This document shows, one piece after another, positions 35,774-46,827 of a stretch of 64,000 nucleotides of DNA (position 1 is its first letter; each line of letters opens with the position of its first letter). Made by a program: the position numbers and the translations under genes. The stretch comes from a virus. Location: positions 22,912-86,911 of IMG/VR virus record IMGVR_UViG_3300046170_000450. One strand, written 5' to 3'. The notes beneath the pieces were generated by a model that was given only the letters and a program-made list of their open reading frames with translations, did not search any database and had not been told where the DNA came from.

Positions 35774-37712
35774 AAGAAAATATACGAAAAAATCTAATTA
35801 TTGGAACAAATTTCAAAAGGTCTCTAACGAAGCGTCTGCGACCCAACAGGATGTAGAGCCCGCAACAATGGGCGAGGCCTATCACGTTTCTCACGGGTCG
35901 TATAATCGATCTGGTTCTATTAGCAACTTGTCGTCCTCTAGCACATCTACGCGAATTAATAGATCCTCCGTTACGAGTCCACTTAATAAATTTAGTCAAA
36001 TTAGGGGCGGGCTTTTACCTTATGAAATTTCTTCTGACGGAATCAATGTAAGAGAGGCGATTGAGCTTTGCCAAAAAGCTTATGCAAATGTTCCGATCTT
36101 TAGAAATACTATCGACATGATGTCTGAGTTCGCAAACTCGGAATTGTATCTAGAGGGAGGCAACGCAACATCTAGAAACTTTTTTGAAAAACTATTAGAC
36201 AGAATCAAAATTTGGGATTTAAAAGATCAATACTTTAGGGAATACTATAGAAGTGGAAATATTTTCTTGTATCGCATTGATGGTAAATTTAGCTTAGATG
36301 ACTACAAAAAGTTTTCGCAAAATGTGTCCGAAGGGCCTTCTCTAAATAAATTTCCTCTTAAATATGTCGTATTGAACCCCTTTGAAATTGTAGCTAAGCG
36401 CAGCACCGTATTTAACACGAAGGATGGAGCTTATGCAAAAATTCTTTCCGAGTTCGACATGGAAAGATTAGCTAACCCCAAAAATGATTACGATCAAGCA
36501 GTCTTTGATGCGCTAGAACCAGAAGTTCAACAGCAAATCAGGGATGGAGCATACTTTAAAGATGGTTTAAAAATTAACCTAAAGAACGATAAAATTTCTT
36601 ACAGCTTTTATAAAAAGCAAGATTACGAACCATTCGCTATTCCATTTGGCTATCCTGTTCTTGAAGACATTAACGCCAAGATGGAAATGAAGAAAATGGA
36701 CCAAGCGATCATGAGAACCGTTGAAAATGTTATTCTAATGATCACGATGGGTGCCGAACCAGACAAGGGGGGCATTAACCCAAACAATGTAAAAGCGATG
36801 CAAAAACTTTTCCAAAATGAATCTGTCGGTAGGGTTTTAGTTTCTGACTATACCACAAAGGCAGACTTTGTTATCCCAGATATCAACAAGGTTGTTGGGC
36901 CAGGAAAATATGAAGTTATTAATAAAGACATTAAGGAAGGGTTGCAAAATATCATTCTTAATGACGACAAATATAATGGCGCTCAAATTAAAGCTCGTGT
37001 ATTTTTGGACAGGCTCAAAGAAGCTCGTGAAGCTTTTATTCAAGATTTTCTACAACCAGAAATTAGACGCATAGCTAAAGATTTAGGATTCAGATCATAC
37101 CCGACTGTTAAGTTTAAAGATATAGATTTGCGTGATGAAGTTCAACTTATGAGAGTCGCTACAAGGCTTATGGAGTTGGGCGTTATGACTGCAGAACAAG
37201 GTATGGATTTATTTCACACTGGAAGGTTTCCCCTTGCTGAAGAGCTGGAAGGAGCGCAAGAAAAGTTCGTGGAGCAAAGAGAAAAAGGTTACTTTAATCC
37301 AGTAGTTGGAGGAGTTCCGATGATTGAACCCGATGAAGAATCCAACGAGCAAAAAAAGAAGCCAGATGGTGGAATGGCTGGAAGGCCAGAGGGTTCTAAG
37401 GATCAATTCTCAAGAGAAAATATTCAAGGCACGATTTATGAAGTGGAAGCGCTAAGCTCTATCGCAAAAGAAAAAATGTTAGAAAAGCTTGATTCAGAAT
37501 CATTAAGCGAAGATCAAGAAAAAATGCTGAGCAAGCTATGCGAATCTGTTGTTTGTGCTTCAGAAAAAGAAAATTGGCAGGAAACAATTATTTCTTGTGT
37601 AAATGATTTTGCGCAGATTGAAAGACTGGGAACCCTGAACGGTGTTTTTGAAATTTCAGACGCTCATAAATTAGAAGTTTATCCATCAGCAATATTATAT
37701 CACTCAAAATGA
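35766..37712 (+). CDS. portal protein
   Basis: 648 aa directly after terminase; AY..VPIFRN.ID.M.EF, EYYRSGN.F.Y, K.DYE.FA.P portal-like motifs. Confidence 0.8.
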   Translation: MAKRKYTKKSNYWNKFQKVSNEASATQQDVEPATMGEAYHVSHGSYNRSGSISNLSSSSTSTRINRSSVTSPLNKFSQIRGGLLPYEISSDGINVREAIELCQKAYANVPIFRNTIDMMSEFANSELYLEGGNATSRNFFEKLLDRIKIWDLKDQYFREYYRSGNIFLYRIDGKFSLDDYKKFSQNVSEGPSLNKFPLKYVVLNPFEIVAKRSTVFNTKDGAYAKILSEFDMERLANPKNDYDQAVFDALEPEVQQQIRDGAYFKDGLKINLKNDKISYSFYKKQDYEPFAIPFGYPVLEDINAKMEMKKMDQAIMRTVENVILMITMGAEPDKGGINPNNVKAMQKLFQNESVGRVLVSDYTTKADFVIPDINKVVGPGKYEVINKDIKEGLQNIILNDDKYNGAQIKARVFLDRLKEAREAFIQDFLQPEIRRIAKDLGFRSYPTVKFKDIDLRDEVQLMRVATRLMELGVMTAEQGMDLFHTGRFPLAEELEGAQEKFVEQREKGYFNPVVGGVPMIEPDEESNEQKKKPDGGMAGRPEGSKDQFSRENIQGTIYEVEALSSIAKEKMLEKLDSESLSEDQEKMLSKLCESVVCASEKENWQETIISCVNDFAQIERLGTLNGVFEISDAHKLEVYPSAILYHSK

Positions 37713-38178
37713 AAGAAATCAAAAATCCCCTAGAAATGAGCGTAGACCGCTCCAACGGCAATATAGAGATATCTATTGCGAAAAAATACAGCAAAACTGA
37801 AGAAGCTATGTACAAGTCATACATGAATATTTGCTCTATGGATGACAAAGCCTTAGTTGATACTTCTGGTATGGACGAAGAGTCTACGGCCAAAAGTTGT
37901 GGAATGCAATACGATAAAATGAGGGCAATGATGAATGAAGTCGGAGAAGGGGGATTGACTGAAAACCAAAAAAAGCTTCCCTAAACCTTTGCAAAAAGCC
38001 ATTTTAGAAAAAATGAAAAAAGAAGGAAAGGCTTTCCGAATCCGATGAAAAGAATTTCAAGCCTCATATGATGTATGATCCAAAAACTGGCAAAAGCTAC
38101 GAAGCAAAAACCTACAAAGATCATATGGATATGAAAAAAATGGGCTATACCCACGAGGATCCCAAGAAGAATGCATAA
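37709..38178 (+). CDS. hypothetical head-region protein (apparent indels near 37980-38035)
   Basis: ORF 37709-37984 continues in other frames as KPLQKAILEKMKKEG...FKPHMMYDPKTGKSY...GYTHEDPKKNA*. Confidence 0.5.
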
Positions 38179-39004
38179 GTACACAGCAAAGTTCGATTTT
38201 GAAATTAAAGCCTGCGAAGAAATTTCAGGCATTAATGTAAGTAAGGCTAATATTGAAAATTTAAGAGAGTTGATACCAACCTCTGTAGATTTAGAAAAGA
38301 ATATTGACTTGATGGGCGTGGCATTTAACGCTGCGGTTGTTAACGAGTTTAATAAGAATGGCGATGGGATTGATACAAAAACAGCAATCGATTCAGTTCA
38401 GCAGTTTATTCATAAACCAACAAATATCGAGCATAACAAGAAAAAAGTTGTTGGTCATATTGTAAATGCTGGCTTTAGCGATTACTCTGATAGCTCTATC
38501 TTGATTAATGTTGATGAAAACGAAAAAGATGCATTTAATATCGCTTTGGGTGCTGTGGTATATAAGACCGTAGACAAAGAATTTTTTGAAATACTAGAGA
38601 AAAGTACCGACCCAAAAAACAAAATGCACAATACGGTTTCTGCGAGTTGGGAAATTGGGTTTAGCGAATATAAAATCGCAGTAGGCAGTAAGAATCTCAA
38701 GGACGCAGAAATTATTTCTGATCCCGATCAAGTAAGGGAAATGAAAGGGATGCTGAGAGCCTTTGGAGGCAAAGGGAAGACCGAAGATGGTCGTCCAGTC
38801 TACCGACTCATCACTGGTCAAGTTTATCCCCTGGGCATAGGATTTACTATGAAGCCAGCTGCAAATGTTAAGGGTGTAATCAGTCAAGAGCACAAGCTCG
38901 ATGAACCCAAAAACAAAAACTCTAATCAAGGGACAAGCCTCACAATTAGAAAAAACGTCAAAGAAAATTTCACAAAAATTAAAAAATACTGTAAACAATA
39001 CTAA
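38171..39004 (+). CDS. prohead protease
   Basis: N.NGD, KP.NIEH.K..VVGHI, SASWE motifs; position between portal and capsid. Confidence 0.7.
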   Translation: MHKYTAKFDFEIKACEEISGINVSKANIENLRELIPTSVDLEKNIDLMGVAFNAAVVNEFNKNGDGIDTKTAIDSVQQFIHKPTNIEHNKKKVVGHIVNAGFSDYSDSSILINVDENEKDAFNIALGAVVYKTVDKEFFEILEKSTDPKNKMHNTVSASWEIGFSEYKIAVGSKNLKDAEIISDPDQVREMKGMLRAFGGKGKTEDGRPVYRLITGQVYPLGIGFTMKPAANVKGVISQEHKLDEPKNKNSNQGTSLTIRKNVKENFTKIKKYCKQY

Positions 39005-39008
39005 AATT

Positions 39009-39713
39009 ATGGAACTAGAAACTCTACTATCAGAATTAAAAGACTCTCTTGCGGAAAAGAAATTTTCTGAAGAAGCTGTCGCTGGCATGACTTCGACATT
39101 TGCCGAAGCCATTAAACAAAAAGATGATGAGTACAAAGCTTCTCTTGAAGCTGCGGAACAAGAGAAGGCTGAAATCGCTTCTGCGAGAGAAGAGCTTCAA
39201 GCTTCCGTAGAGGCTATCAAGGAGGAACTTAAAGCTGCTCAAGAGCGCATCGAATCTTTCGAGGCGGAAAAGAAGGCTGAAGAAGCAGTTGCTCGCTTCA
39301 ATGCTCGTATGGAAGAAATTGATTCCATTTACGATCTTGCAGAAAGTGATAGCTCATTTATTGCAGAAAAGATTAAGGGTCTTGATGACACTGAAGAGTC
39401 TTTTGCATCATTTAAGGATGAGCTTACTATTTTCTGGGCATCAAAAAACAAGGAAGCTAAAGCAAAACAAGAAGAAGCTATCGCCGCTCGCGTCGAAGCT
39501 GAAATCGAAAAGCGCCTCAACACAGCAGAAGCATCAGAAGCTACTGAAGCTAAAGAAGAAGCAGTTGCTGAAGAAGTAGACGTTGAAGAAGCTCTTGAAA
39601 ATGCAGAAGCTACCGAAGAAGCTCTTCCTAACAATAATGAAGCCCAAGCTTCAAATAAAACTTTTAAGGATAAGTTCGCTGCTGCGTTTAGCCGTGAAAA
39701 TATTCTTGGATAA
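39009..39713 (+). CDS. capsid scaffolding protein
   Basis: Ala/Glu/Lys-rich coiled coil between protease and capsid genes; may be fused to the protease. Confidence 0.7.
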   Translation: MELETLLSELKDSLAEKKFSEEAVAGMTSTFAEAIKQKDDEYKASLEAAEQEKAEIASAREELQASVEAIKEELKAAQERIESFEAEKKAEEAVARFNARMEEIDSIYDLAESDSSFIAEKIKGLDDTEESFASFKDELTIFWASKNKEAKAKQEEAIAARVEAEIEKRLNTAEASEATEAKEEAVAEEVDVEEALENAEATEEALPNNNEAQASNKTFKDKFAAAFSRENILG

Positions 39714-39743
39714 ATAAAAAACTAAATTTAACTAAAAAAAATT

Positions 39744-40365
39744 ATGGCACTAAGATTACTTCCATTCAGACAGTATGACGAGCAAGACGTTGTTAACGTT
39801 TTTCGCTCTCCAAAACGCCGATGTTCTTGAGTCCACCACTGGTGACGGCAAGGGTTCTAACGGTGTTTTCGTCAAGGTCACTGACGGTAACTTCGACCAA
39901 GATGTTATTACTTACGGTTCTAACAGCTATCTTGGCAAGACAGATTACCCTCACGTCGGTGGCGACATGTATCCTACCAACCCTCTTGAAGTTGCTGCTG
40001 CTGCTTCTGGCGAAATCCCTCTTGGATTGACCCTGAATCAAACAGCGAAGACTGATGAGAATGGTGAGAAACTTCTTTATAACGCAACCAAGAAAGAAGA
40101 GCTTCAGGCTGTTCTTCCTGGCCAAAGCGTACCTGTTGCAACTAAAGGTATCTTTACCTTGAGCGCAAACGCAATCGAAGGTGGCGCAGCTTCTGTGTTC
40201 ACTGTCGGTGACGGCTTTGAAGTTGCTGGTGATGGCACTTTAGGTCCTGCTACTGCGGGTTCTGCTGAGTCTCTCGGTATGGTTCTTGGAACTGGCTCAC
40301 GCTCTTCCCAGGGTGGCCTTACTGACCAGTTCGCTGGTGATTATGTTATCGTCAAACTTGGTTAA
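39744..40365 (+). CDS. capsid decoration/cement protein (one apparent indel near 39800)
   Basis: ATG 39744 MALRLLPFRQYDEQDVVN joins the 196 aa ORF by a 1-nt shift; lies immediately before the capsid gene. Confidence 0.6.
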
Positions 40366-40385
40366 TACGAAAGGAACTTTATAAT

Positions 40386-41477
40386 ATGAAAATTACTTTG
40401 AAAAATACTCCAGAACAAGTCGAGCTTATCAAGGCTATGGCTTCTCGCAACCGTGACGTTGCTTACGAAGCTCAAACTGCCCTTGCTGAGTTTATCGGAC
40501 CTGTTCTCGCAGAAGTTATCAACAATGCACCTGCGTTGTCTAACCTCTTTACTACTCTTCAGTACAACGCTGATGACAATCCTTCGATTCCGTTGGATCT
40601 GTATTTCGACGTTTCTGATGAAGACTATGTTCAAGTTTATAGCCAAAGCCGTGCTGGTGGTCTTCCTACTTCGGAAGTTCTTCCAACATCTTCGGAGCTC
40701 AAGATCGCTACTTATAGCCTTGATTCCGCTGTGAGCTTTGATCGTCGTTATGCTGCTAAGAGCCGCATGGACGTTGTTGCTAAAACAATGACTCGTGTTG
40801 CACAAGAAATTCTTCTTAAGCAAAACAAGATCTCTGCTAATGTTGTAATGAAAGCTCTTGCTAACGCTGAAACTAACGGCTTCAAGCACGTTCAGTCTTC
40901 TGCTGCTGCTGACCGTTTCGTTCTTGCTGACCTTAACAGCATGATCACTCGCTCGAAGAGAATTGTTACCTCTTTCGTTGGTGGCACTCCTGACGCTCGT
41001 CAGGGTCGTGGTGTAACCGATATCGTTTGCTCTCCTGAAATCGTGGAAGAGCTTCGTGCTATCGCTTACAATCCAATCAACACCAAAGTAGCCCCTGCTG
41101 GCGCTGGTACTGATTCGGTTCGTACTGCTGACGTTATAGCTGAACAAGCTTATAGTGCTGCTGGCGCTCCTGAGTTCTACGGTATCAATGTTATCGAACT
41201 TAACGAGTTTGGTGATGGACAGAAGTTCAACACTACTTTCGACAACAGCTACGCTGGTTCTTTCACTCCTGCTAGTGAGCAGATTGTTGTTGGTATCGAC
41301 CGTAGCCGCGAAGCATTGGTTCGCCCAGTTGCTGTTGACGCTGAAAACGGTGGTGAGTTTAGCCTCATCGCTGATGACCAGTACAGCATTCGCCAAAGCA
41401 AGATCGGATACTTCGGTTCTCTTGAAGAGGGTCGTATCGTTCTTGATGACCGCGCTCTTGTTGGTTGCATCGTTTAA
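40386..41477 (+). CDS. major capsid protein
   Basis: 363 aa, strongly biased codons, position after scaffold/decoration genes, followed by a terminator. Confidence 0.8.
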   Translation: MKITLKNTPEQVELIKAMASRNRDVAYEAQTALAEFIGPVLAEVINNAPALSNLFTTLQYNADDNPSIPLDLYFDVSDEDYVQVYSQSRAGGLPTSEVLPTSSELKIATYSLDSAVSFDRRYAAKSRMDVVAKTMTRVAQEILLKQNKISANVVMKALANAETNGFKHVQSSAAADRFVLADLNSMITRSKRIVTSFVGGTPDARQGRGVTDIVCSPEIVEELRAIAYNPINTKVAPAGAGTDSVRTADVIAEQAYSAAGAPEFYGINVIELNEFGDGQKFNTTFDNSYAGSFTPASEQIVVGIDRSREALVRPVAVDAENGGEFSLIADDQYSIRQSKIGYFGSLEEGRIVLDDRALVGCIV

Positions 41478-41499
41478 TCGAACAAAACACTTAAAACTA

Positions 41500-41527
41500 A
41501 GCCGTCCCGAAAGGGGCGGCTTTTTTT
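41500..41527 (+). terminator. intrinsic terminator after capsid gene
   Basis: AGCCGTCCC-GAAA-GGGGCGGCT plus T run. Confidence 0.85.
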
Positions 41528-41562
41528 GTGTAATATTTACGCTTTTGTTTTATCATAAGTGT

Positions 41563-42225
41563 ATGGATAATATATCAAAAAAAATTAATGAAGAGGGAAG
41601 CAAGTGCGAACAATTGCCCGAAGCTATCCCTGTGGACGAAGAAAAAGTAAAAGAGTTCATGAAGAAAGTCCAGGAAACAATTAATGCAGACGAGAGAGAT
41701 ATTGCGACTGCAGTTGAAAACGACGAACCTAATAACGAAGAAATGCAGAAGAGTGTTCAGGCTAACACTTTGGACAGCTTAAACTATGCAGATGGAAAAC
41801 AAAGGGATGAAATTGATGAAATTGAAGCCAAAGAAAAGCTAATGGGTGTAGATGTCATTTCTCCGTTTGGCACAAGTAATCCCAAAGTTTTTAAAAGAAA
41901 GCTAGAGTCCATGGGGCATGTTAGAAAATCAACACTCGCAGAAAAAACAGGAACAAGAGTTTTTGCGGATGAAGAAATGCAGAACGAAGCTCTAATTAGA
42001 GCTTTTCACGAATGGAGGGGAAGCAATTGGGGGTCGACAGGGAGTAAGACTCAAGCCAAAGCGAAGATGCTTGCGTCCGATTCCGTGCAGGACTTTGAGA
42101 ATAAACTCAAAAGAAAAACCCTATCTGAACTTCAAGAAATGGCAATGAAGTTGGGGTTTACTCCAAGTTTCGATAGGATTAGACTAATATCAGCCTTAAG
42201 GCAGGAATATCTTAAGAGGAGTTGA
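41563..42225 (+). CDS. hypothetical protein with C-terminal Rho-N/SAP-like helical motif
   Basis: L..KTLSELQEMAMKLG......R..LI..L; ATG 41563 lies after the terminator. Confidence 0.55.
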   Translation: MDNISKKINEEGSKCEQLPEAIPVDEEKVKEFMKKVQETINADERDIATAVENDEPNNEEMQKSVQANTLDSLNYADGKQRDEIDEIEAKEKLMGVDVISPFGTSNPKVFKRKLESMGHVRKSTLAEKTGTRVFADEEMQNEALIRAFHEWRGSNWGSTGSKTQAKAKMLASDSVQDFENKLKRKTLSELQEMAMKLGFTPSFDRIRLISALRQEYLKRS

Positions 42226-42246
42226 TTTTTTAGTGTAATATACTAT

Positions 42247-42504
42247 ATGAAAAACGAATCAGAAAATGTTTTAGATGGTCTGACTCTAGCCAATGGGAAA
42301 GAGGAAGTTGAAAAAGCCACCACCCCAAAGAAAAAAAAAGCCAAGAAAGCGGCCAAAAAATCTACTCAAAAAACAAAATATTCCTACGACGAATTGAAGG
42401 GAAAAAAGCCCCATCAGCTTGAGGCAATATGTAAAGAATTAAATATTTTAATAGAGAGATTTAATAAGCTTGAAGTTATTAAAAATATTTTAGATAAAAA
42501 TTAA
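42247..42504 (+). CDS. small basic protein with Rho-N-like motif
   Basis: GTGTAA-N8-ATG; Lys-rich; L..K....L..ICKELNI......K..VI..IL. Confidence 0.55.
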   Translation: MKNESENVLDGLTLANGKEEVEKATTPKKKKAKKAAKKSTQKTKYSYDELKGKKPHQLEAICKELNILIERFNKLEVIKNILDKN

Positions 42505-42505
42505 T

Positions 42506-42970
42506 ATGGGAAACATCGGAGATTTAGCTAACTCTATTTATATTAATGAATTTGATTCCTCTGGAGTAGCGGTTGAATCTATTTCTGGGTGGATTGAAAA
42601 CAATATTGGCCAACTGAATAATGCAATCTACACTAGTTTTTCTGGGGTTAGCGGCATCGTTGATGGACTAAATCTTGAAGAGCAAAGCATCTTAAGGGAG
42701 ATGTATTTGTATCACTACTACACTAAACAAACAAGAAATACAATTCGTGGCATTGCCAATGACACGAATGGCAACATTCTGAGCGTCAGGGATGGCGACA
42801 ATGCCATTACTTTTGTAAATAAGAACGAAGTGTCCAAGGTCTACAAAAATCTCGCTCAGGACGCAAATGAAAAGCTTATGGACTTAGTGTCTAGATACAA
42901 TAATTACCGAGCCAGCCCAAGACAAGTTGGAGGAATTGAGTCGAGAGCGCAAGCATCTGACACTGATTAA
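42506..42970 (+). CDS. putative head-tail adaptor
   Basis: 154 aa; function inferred from position after the capsid gene. Confidence 0.45.
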   Translation: MGNIGDLANSIYINEFDSSGVAVESISGWIENNIGQLNNAIYTSFSGVSGIVDGLNLEEQSILREMYLYHYYTKQTRNTIRGIANDTNGNILSVRDGDNAITFVNKNEVSKVYKNLAQDANEKLMDLVSRYNNYRASPRQVGGIESRAQASDTD

Positions 42971-43100
42971 TTACCCCCAGAGTATATCTCTGATAGCGTA
43001 ATCATTGCATAGCAGCGGTGGTTGCGCTTTTTTATGGGCACAAAAAAACCCCGTCGAATTCGACGGGGTTAGTTTTAAATGTTGAAGGGCTTCTTATCTA

Positions 43101-44525
43101 TTAGCTCAAGCTTACAGAGGCGCTGATTGCATCACTTACACTTGCGTCAGTGGGAGAAAATACAAGAGACGTCGCTTGACCGCTAAGGCCTGTGATACCC
43201 AATGCGCCAGCATTACCTGTGATTGTTCCACCGCCAACTGAAGTTAAGTCAAGGTCTGCGCTGCCAGTATAACTAGTAACAAATGAACGACTTGATTGCC
43301 CGTGGACATATCCAACTGTTTTAGAGTCTCCAGAAGCAATACTTACCCCATTAACAACAACTGTTTCACTTGGTGTGAGACCGCCATCACTAATAACGAC
43401 AGGCTGAAGAGCAAATTTTGCATCAGTATTTTTACCAGAGAAGAAAACGTTATTTTCTAAGTCGTCTGGACCACCTACAGAAACACTAAATGTCATATCT
43501 ACGGTTTTGTTAGGCCCTACGCTAGAACTAAACGATTCAGAGTCAAGCTTTAGATTTGTAAGTTTGTAAATAGCAGATTTATCTCCAGCAGGGTCTTTAA
43601 TTGTAATCTGTGCAGAAGGGATAAAGCTGTCGTCTGCAATAATGTCAGTCAAAGATCTTTCTGCGGTCTCGTTAACGATTGCAGAAACAGACAAAGTTGG
43701 AGTAATTGGAAAGTCTACGGTTCTAGCAAACGGGAATCTAGTGCCAAGTCTTTCAATTGGGCTTCTGCTAAGTGGAATACTCAAAGAAACACTTTGAACG
43801 TGAGCGCCGTCAGTTCCGTCGATCGTTGCGATGGTATCATTGTTGGCGTTAGCCAAATCAAAAATAACGTCTGCTGGTCTCAGCGCTGTAGTTGTCCCTT
43901 CGTCAGTACCAGGGTCTGCTGGTCTAATTTCAATACCATTACCAGCGGTTTGATTAGCGATTGGCGTACCTGAAATTGGATCGATACCAGCGCCAGTAAA
44001 GTTGCCAGAAAATCCATCATTAGTTCCAGTTACATCTGCTGATGCGTTGATATTGGAACCCTCAAAAGAAACTGTGATTGTAGGAAACCCTCCAACAGAA
44101 GCTTCAAGTGAATAATCTGTAACGAATGCATTACCAATCCCGATGGAGCCAAAAGATCCAGTACTAAAATTAGCATCTTTACCCTCTGGACTAGTCATAA
44201 TATAAAGGTTTTGACCGCTAGAAGAAGTAATTTGTCCAGAAACAAAGCCAACATTAAGGTTGGAGTTGGAGAAATTTAAAGCTTCTTCGTTGAATCCATC
44301 CGTGAGATAGTATGAAACATCAGCAGATACTGTTGGTGCTTCAAGGATCAACGAATCGATTCTGGATAATTGTCCGAACTGATTAATGTCAGTTCGCGAA
44401 ACGTTAAATGAATAATTCGCGGATTGAACTCTGCGAAGTTGCATGTGGTCCTGCTTGCTTGTAGAGTTGATTTCTTTACTTGCGAAGAGGGCTTCTGATT
44501 GATAAATGACTCTATTTCTGCTCAT
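43101..44525 (-). CDS. major tail tube protein
   Basis: RNRVIYQS, RVQSANYSF...R.DI.QFG, duplicated tube-like halves (HVQS.SLSIPL.R.PIERLG), C-terminal extra domain; terminator at 43041-43070. Confidence 0.7.
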   Translation of the reverse strand: MSRNRVIYQSEALFASKEINSTSKQDHMQLRRVQSANYSFNVSRTDINQFGQLSRIDSLILEAPTVSADVSYYLTDGFNEEALNFSNSNLNVGFVSGQITSSSGQNLYIMTSPEGKDANFSTGSFGSIGIGNAFVTDYSLEASVGGFPTITVSFEGSNINASADVTGTNDGFSGNFTGAGIDPISGTPIANQTAGNGIEIRPADPGTDEGTTTALRPADVIFDLANANNDTIATIDGTDGAHVQSVSLSIPLSRSPIERLGTRFPFARTVDFPITPTLSVSAIVNETAERSLTDIIADDSFIPSAQITIKDPAGDKSAIYKLTNLKLDSESFSSSVGPNKTVDMTFSVSVGGPDDLENNVFFSGKNTDAKFALQPVVISDGGLTPSETVVVNGVSIASGDSKTVGYVHGQSSRSFVTSYTGSADLDLTSVGGGTITGNAGALGITGLSGQATSLVFSPTDASVSDAISASVSLS

Positions 44526-44574
44526 AATTTATGTCTATATTTACAGTTAAAAATTTAAAATGTGAAATGTGAAA

Positions 44575-45422
44575 TTAAGAACGAGGAAACCTATTTGCAG
44601 AAACCTCAAAATCTATAAATCCGATTTTTAAATTTCCAGGTATTATTCCTTGTTTTTTTTCTGAAAATTTAGAGACCGTCACATCTTCTATGTAATAAGG
44701 ATTTGCAGTTAAATAAGTATTTGCTAAATTTGTATAATTATATAAACCGTTTTTAATATCACCATATTCGGTTGAGGGGTGTTTAGAAAATGGTATTTTG
44801 GAGATAATCTTTCTGGAGGAATCTGCAAATATAGATAAAGCTCCATCAAGTTGATAAGAATTTTCAGCTAAAACGATAGCTTTAACGATATTTGTTGTTT
44901 TTTCTTCTCCGCCAAAGGCGAAACCTTCATTTCTCATATATTCGCAATTTAAAAATATAGCTGGAGCCATTTGATCGTATGGATTAACTCCAGTTTCTGT
45001 TTTTGCGTATCTGCTATTTAATTCAAATTTGTTTTCTAAAATTAAATCTTCTTCAGTTTCGTTCGTTAAATAAATATTAAAATCTTTTACGGCAAAACTT
45101 CCAGTAATAGTATTGTTTGTTCCAAAATTACCACCTGTTTCAATGATTCTTCCGTTTCAAAATCAAAATAATTCCATCGTTTCTGCCGCTACCCATAAGA
45201 GATGATGGTATTATTGGATTTGTGTCTCCATTTATTGAAGAATCGTTTACCCCATTGCTTATATGGGCTTGAATAAGATTTGTACTCATTCGGGAGTCTG
45301 GTATCATCAGAATAATAAAAAGATCCTGTTTGGTTGGAATAAGCCTCTCCCTTCTGAAGGAGCTCGTGGTCGAACCAAAGCATGAAACTTGTCATGAGTT
45401 CGTGTTGATACTGTGGTTTCAT
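44575..45422 (-). CDS. tail terminator/neck protein (broken by apparent indels)
   Basis: ORFs 45189-45422 and 44575-44970 are linked by coding-like sequence; GTGTAA-N9-ATG. Confidence 0.5.
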
Positions 45423-45437
45423 AAAGATATTTTACAC

Positions 45438-46484
45438 TTATATCTGCAGGTTTGAAAATTCTTTTTCATACCTTTTAATTAAATCAGATATATATTTTAC
45501 ATTTTTGAATTTTGATTTTTTCCTAACTCTTTCTTGGGGACTGGATTCCTAAGCCAGATCTACTGTTGCTGTCTCTTTTCTTAAATAAAATCCAAGTCCA
45601 GATATTCCAGTTTCAATTCCTTTCGCCCAGCTACGGCCAGCTGCCCAAGGCATTGGGGTGCAGCAAAAATATCTTTTGCTGATCGGTATGTTAATTCTAT
45701 AATTTATTCTTTTTGTTGGATGCGTTTAGATAATCAAAGGATCGTTCTGTTCTAGGATCTTAAAATTGGTTCTATTGGATCATCTCTAGAATCAAAACCT
45801 ATAAAGGAAAACAAATTTCCGCTTCCCCCGCCTAAGTGTGCCACTTGATGTTTGTTTGCTTCAATGCCCCCTTTTATTTCTATAGTCACTGGGTGGTTTA
45901 AAAATTCAGCTATCATTTCATTTTTCTTCTTTTGAAAAGCCTCTTGAAAAATTTTCTGATTTCTGGCCGTAACTTGAGGAGGCTAGATTTTTGTTTATTT
46001 CTGACTGTCAAATTTAAGGATAGCCATTATTCTTCAATTGGGGAAGATAAAAATGATAATATTGTGGGCCAAAAATACCAGTTGGATTGCCTTTACTGTC
46101 ATGGTGTATTTTCGACCTTCAAATTCGCACCTCTTTGCCTCTTTTAAAATCTCAAACCCATCTTGCATCTACGGTTATTCTAACAGAGCCATCAATTAAA
46201 TTCTATACCTAATTGAGAGTCTATTGTCCTCCCAGCTAAGTTTTGTTCTCTTGATTTATGTATTTGATTCTTGCTTTTATTATGTGGCTAACAACGTTTT
46301 AGTGGTTGAGGTTTCTCCCCCGCTTGTTTTACCATAAATCCCATTGTATTCAGAACTGGCGGCAATTAATATTTTTCTTCCTTCTTCATAAACGGTAATA
46401 TTTCTAGCGAAAGGTTTCGTGAATATCATCAATGATAGCTTTAATTGTGTTTTTCTGAGAATCTGATATGAGAGAAGTCGGCAT
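45438..46484 (-). CDS. two neck/head-closure genes (about 46027-46484 and 45438-46027), heavily frameshifted
   Basis: GTGTAA-N8-ATG at 46484; coding-like fragments such as SWAKGIETGISGLG in shifting frames. Confidence 0.4.
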
Positions 46485-46533
46485 GTCTACTTTTACACTT
46501 TTTTGTGTAAAGTAATTCAGGTATAAGGATATT

Positions 46534-46824
46534 ATGATTGCAAAGGAATTTTTGTATGATCGTTCGGATCATCATATTAGGTATTTATTCAAGTCTTTTT
46601 TGCAGACCCTGGAGGAGATGCAGAAAGTTCATGAGATAAATTTTGTAAAATTATATGACTCTCTGCCAGAAGAGCATCATAACTTAATTGAAATGGCTGA
46701 TTATTTTGATGAGAAATATTACGAACTGTACAGAAAAAGAATTTTAGATATTGGAAATTCTGTTTTGCGAGATTATAATAGTGAGTTAGAAAATCTAACA
46801 GTAGAATTCAGATTTAAACAATAA
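46534..46824 (+). CDS. hypothetical protein
   Basis: 96 aa ORF with GTGTAA upstream. Confidence 0.6.
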   Translation: MIAKEFLYDRSDHHIRYLFKSFLQTLEEMQKVHEINFVKLYDSLPEEHHNLIEMADYFDEKYYELYRKRILDIGNSVLRDYNSELENLTVEFRFKQ

Positions 46825-46827
46825 GGC

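Noticed and set aside
40362-41396. Long antisense ORF over the capsid gene (also 8562-9227, 9599-10312, 53392-53979)
   Set aside because: Shadow frames caused by codon bias of the real gene on the opposite strand.
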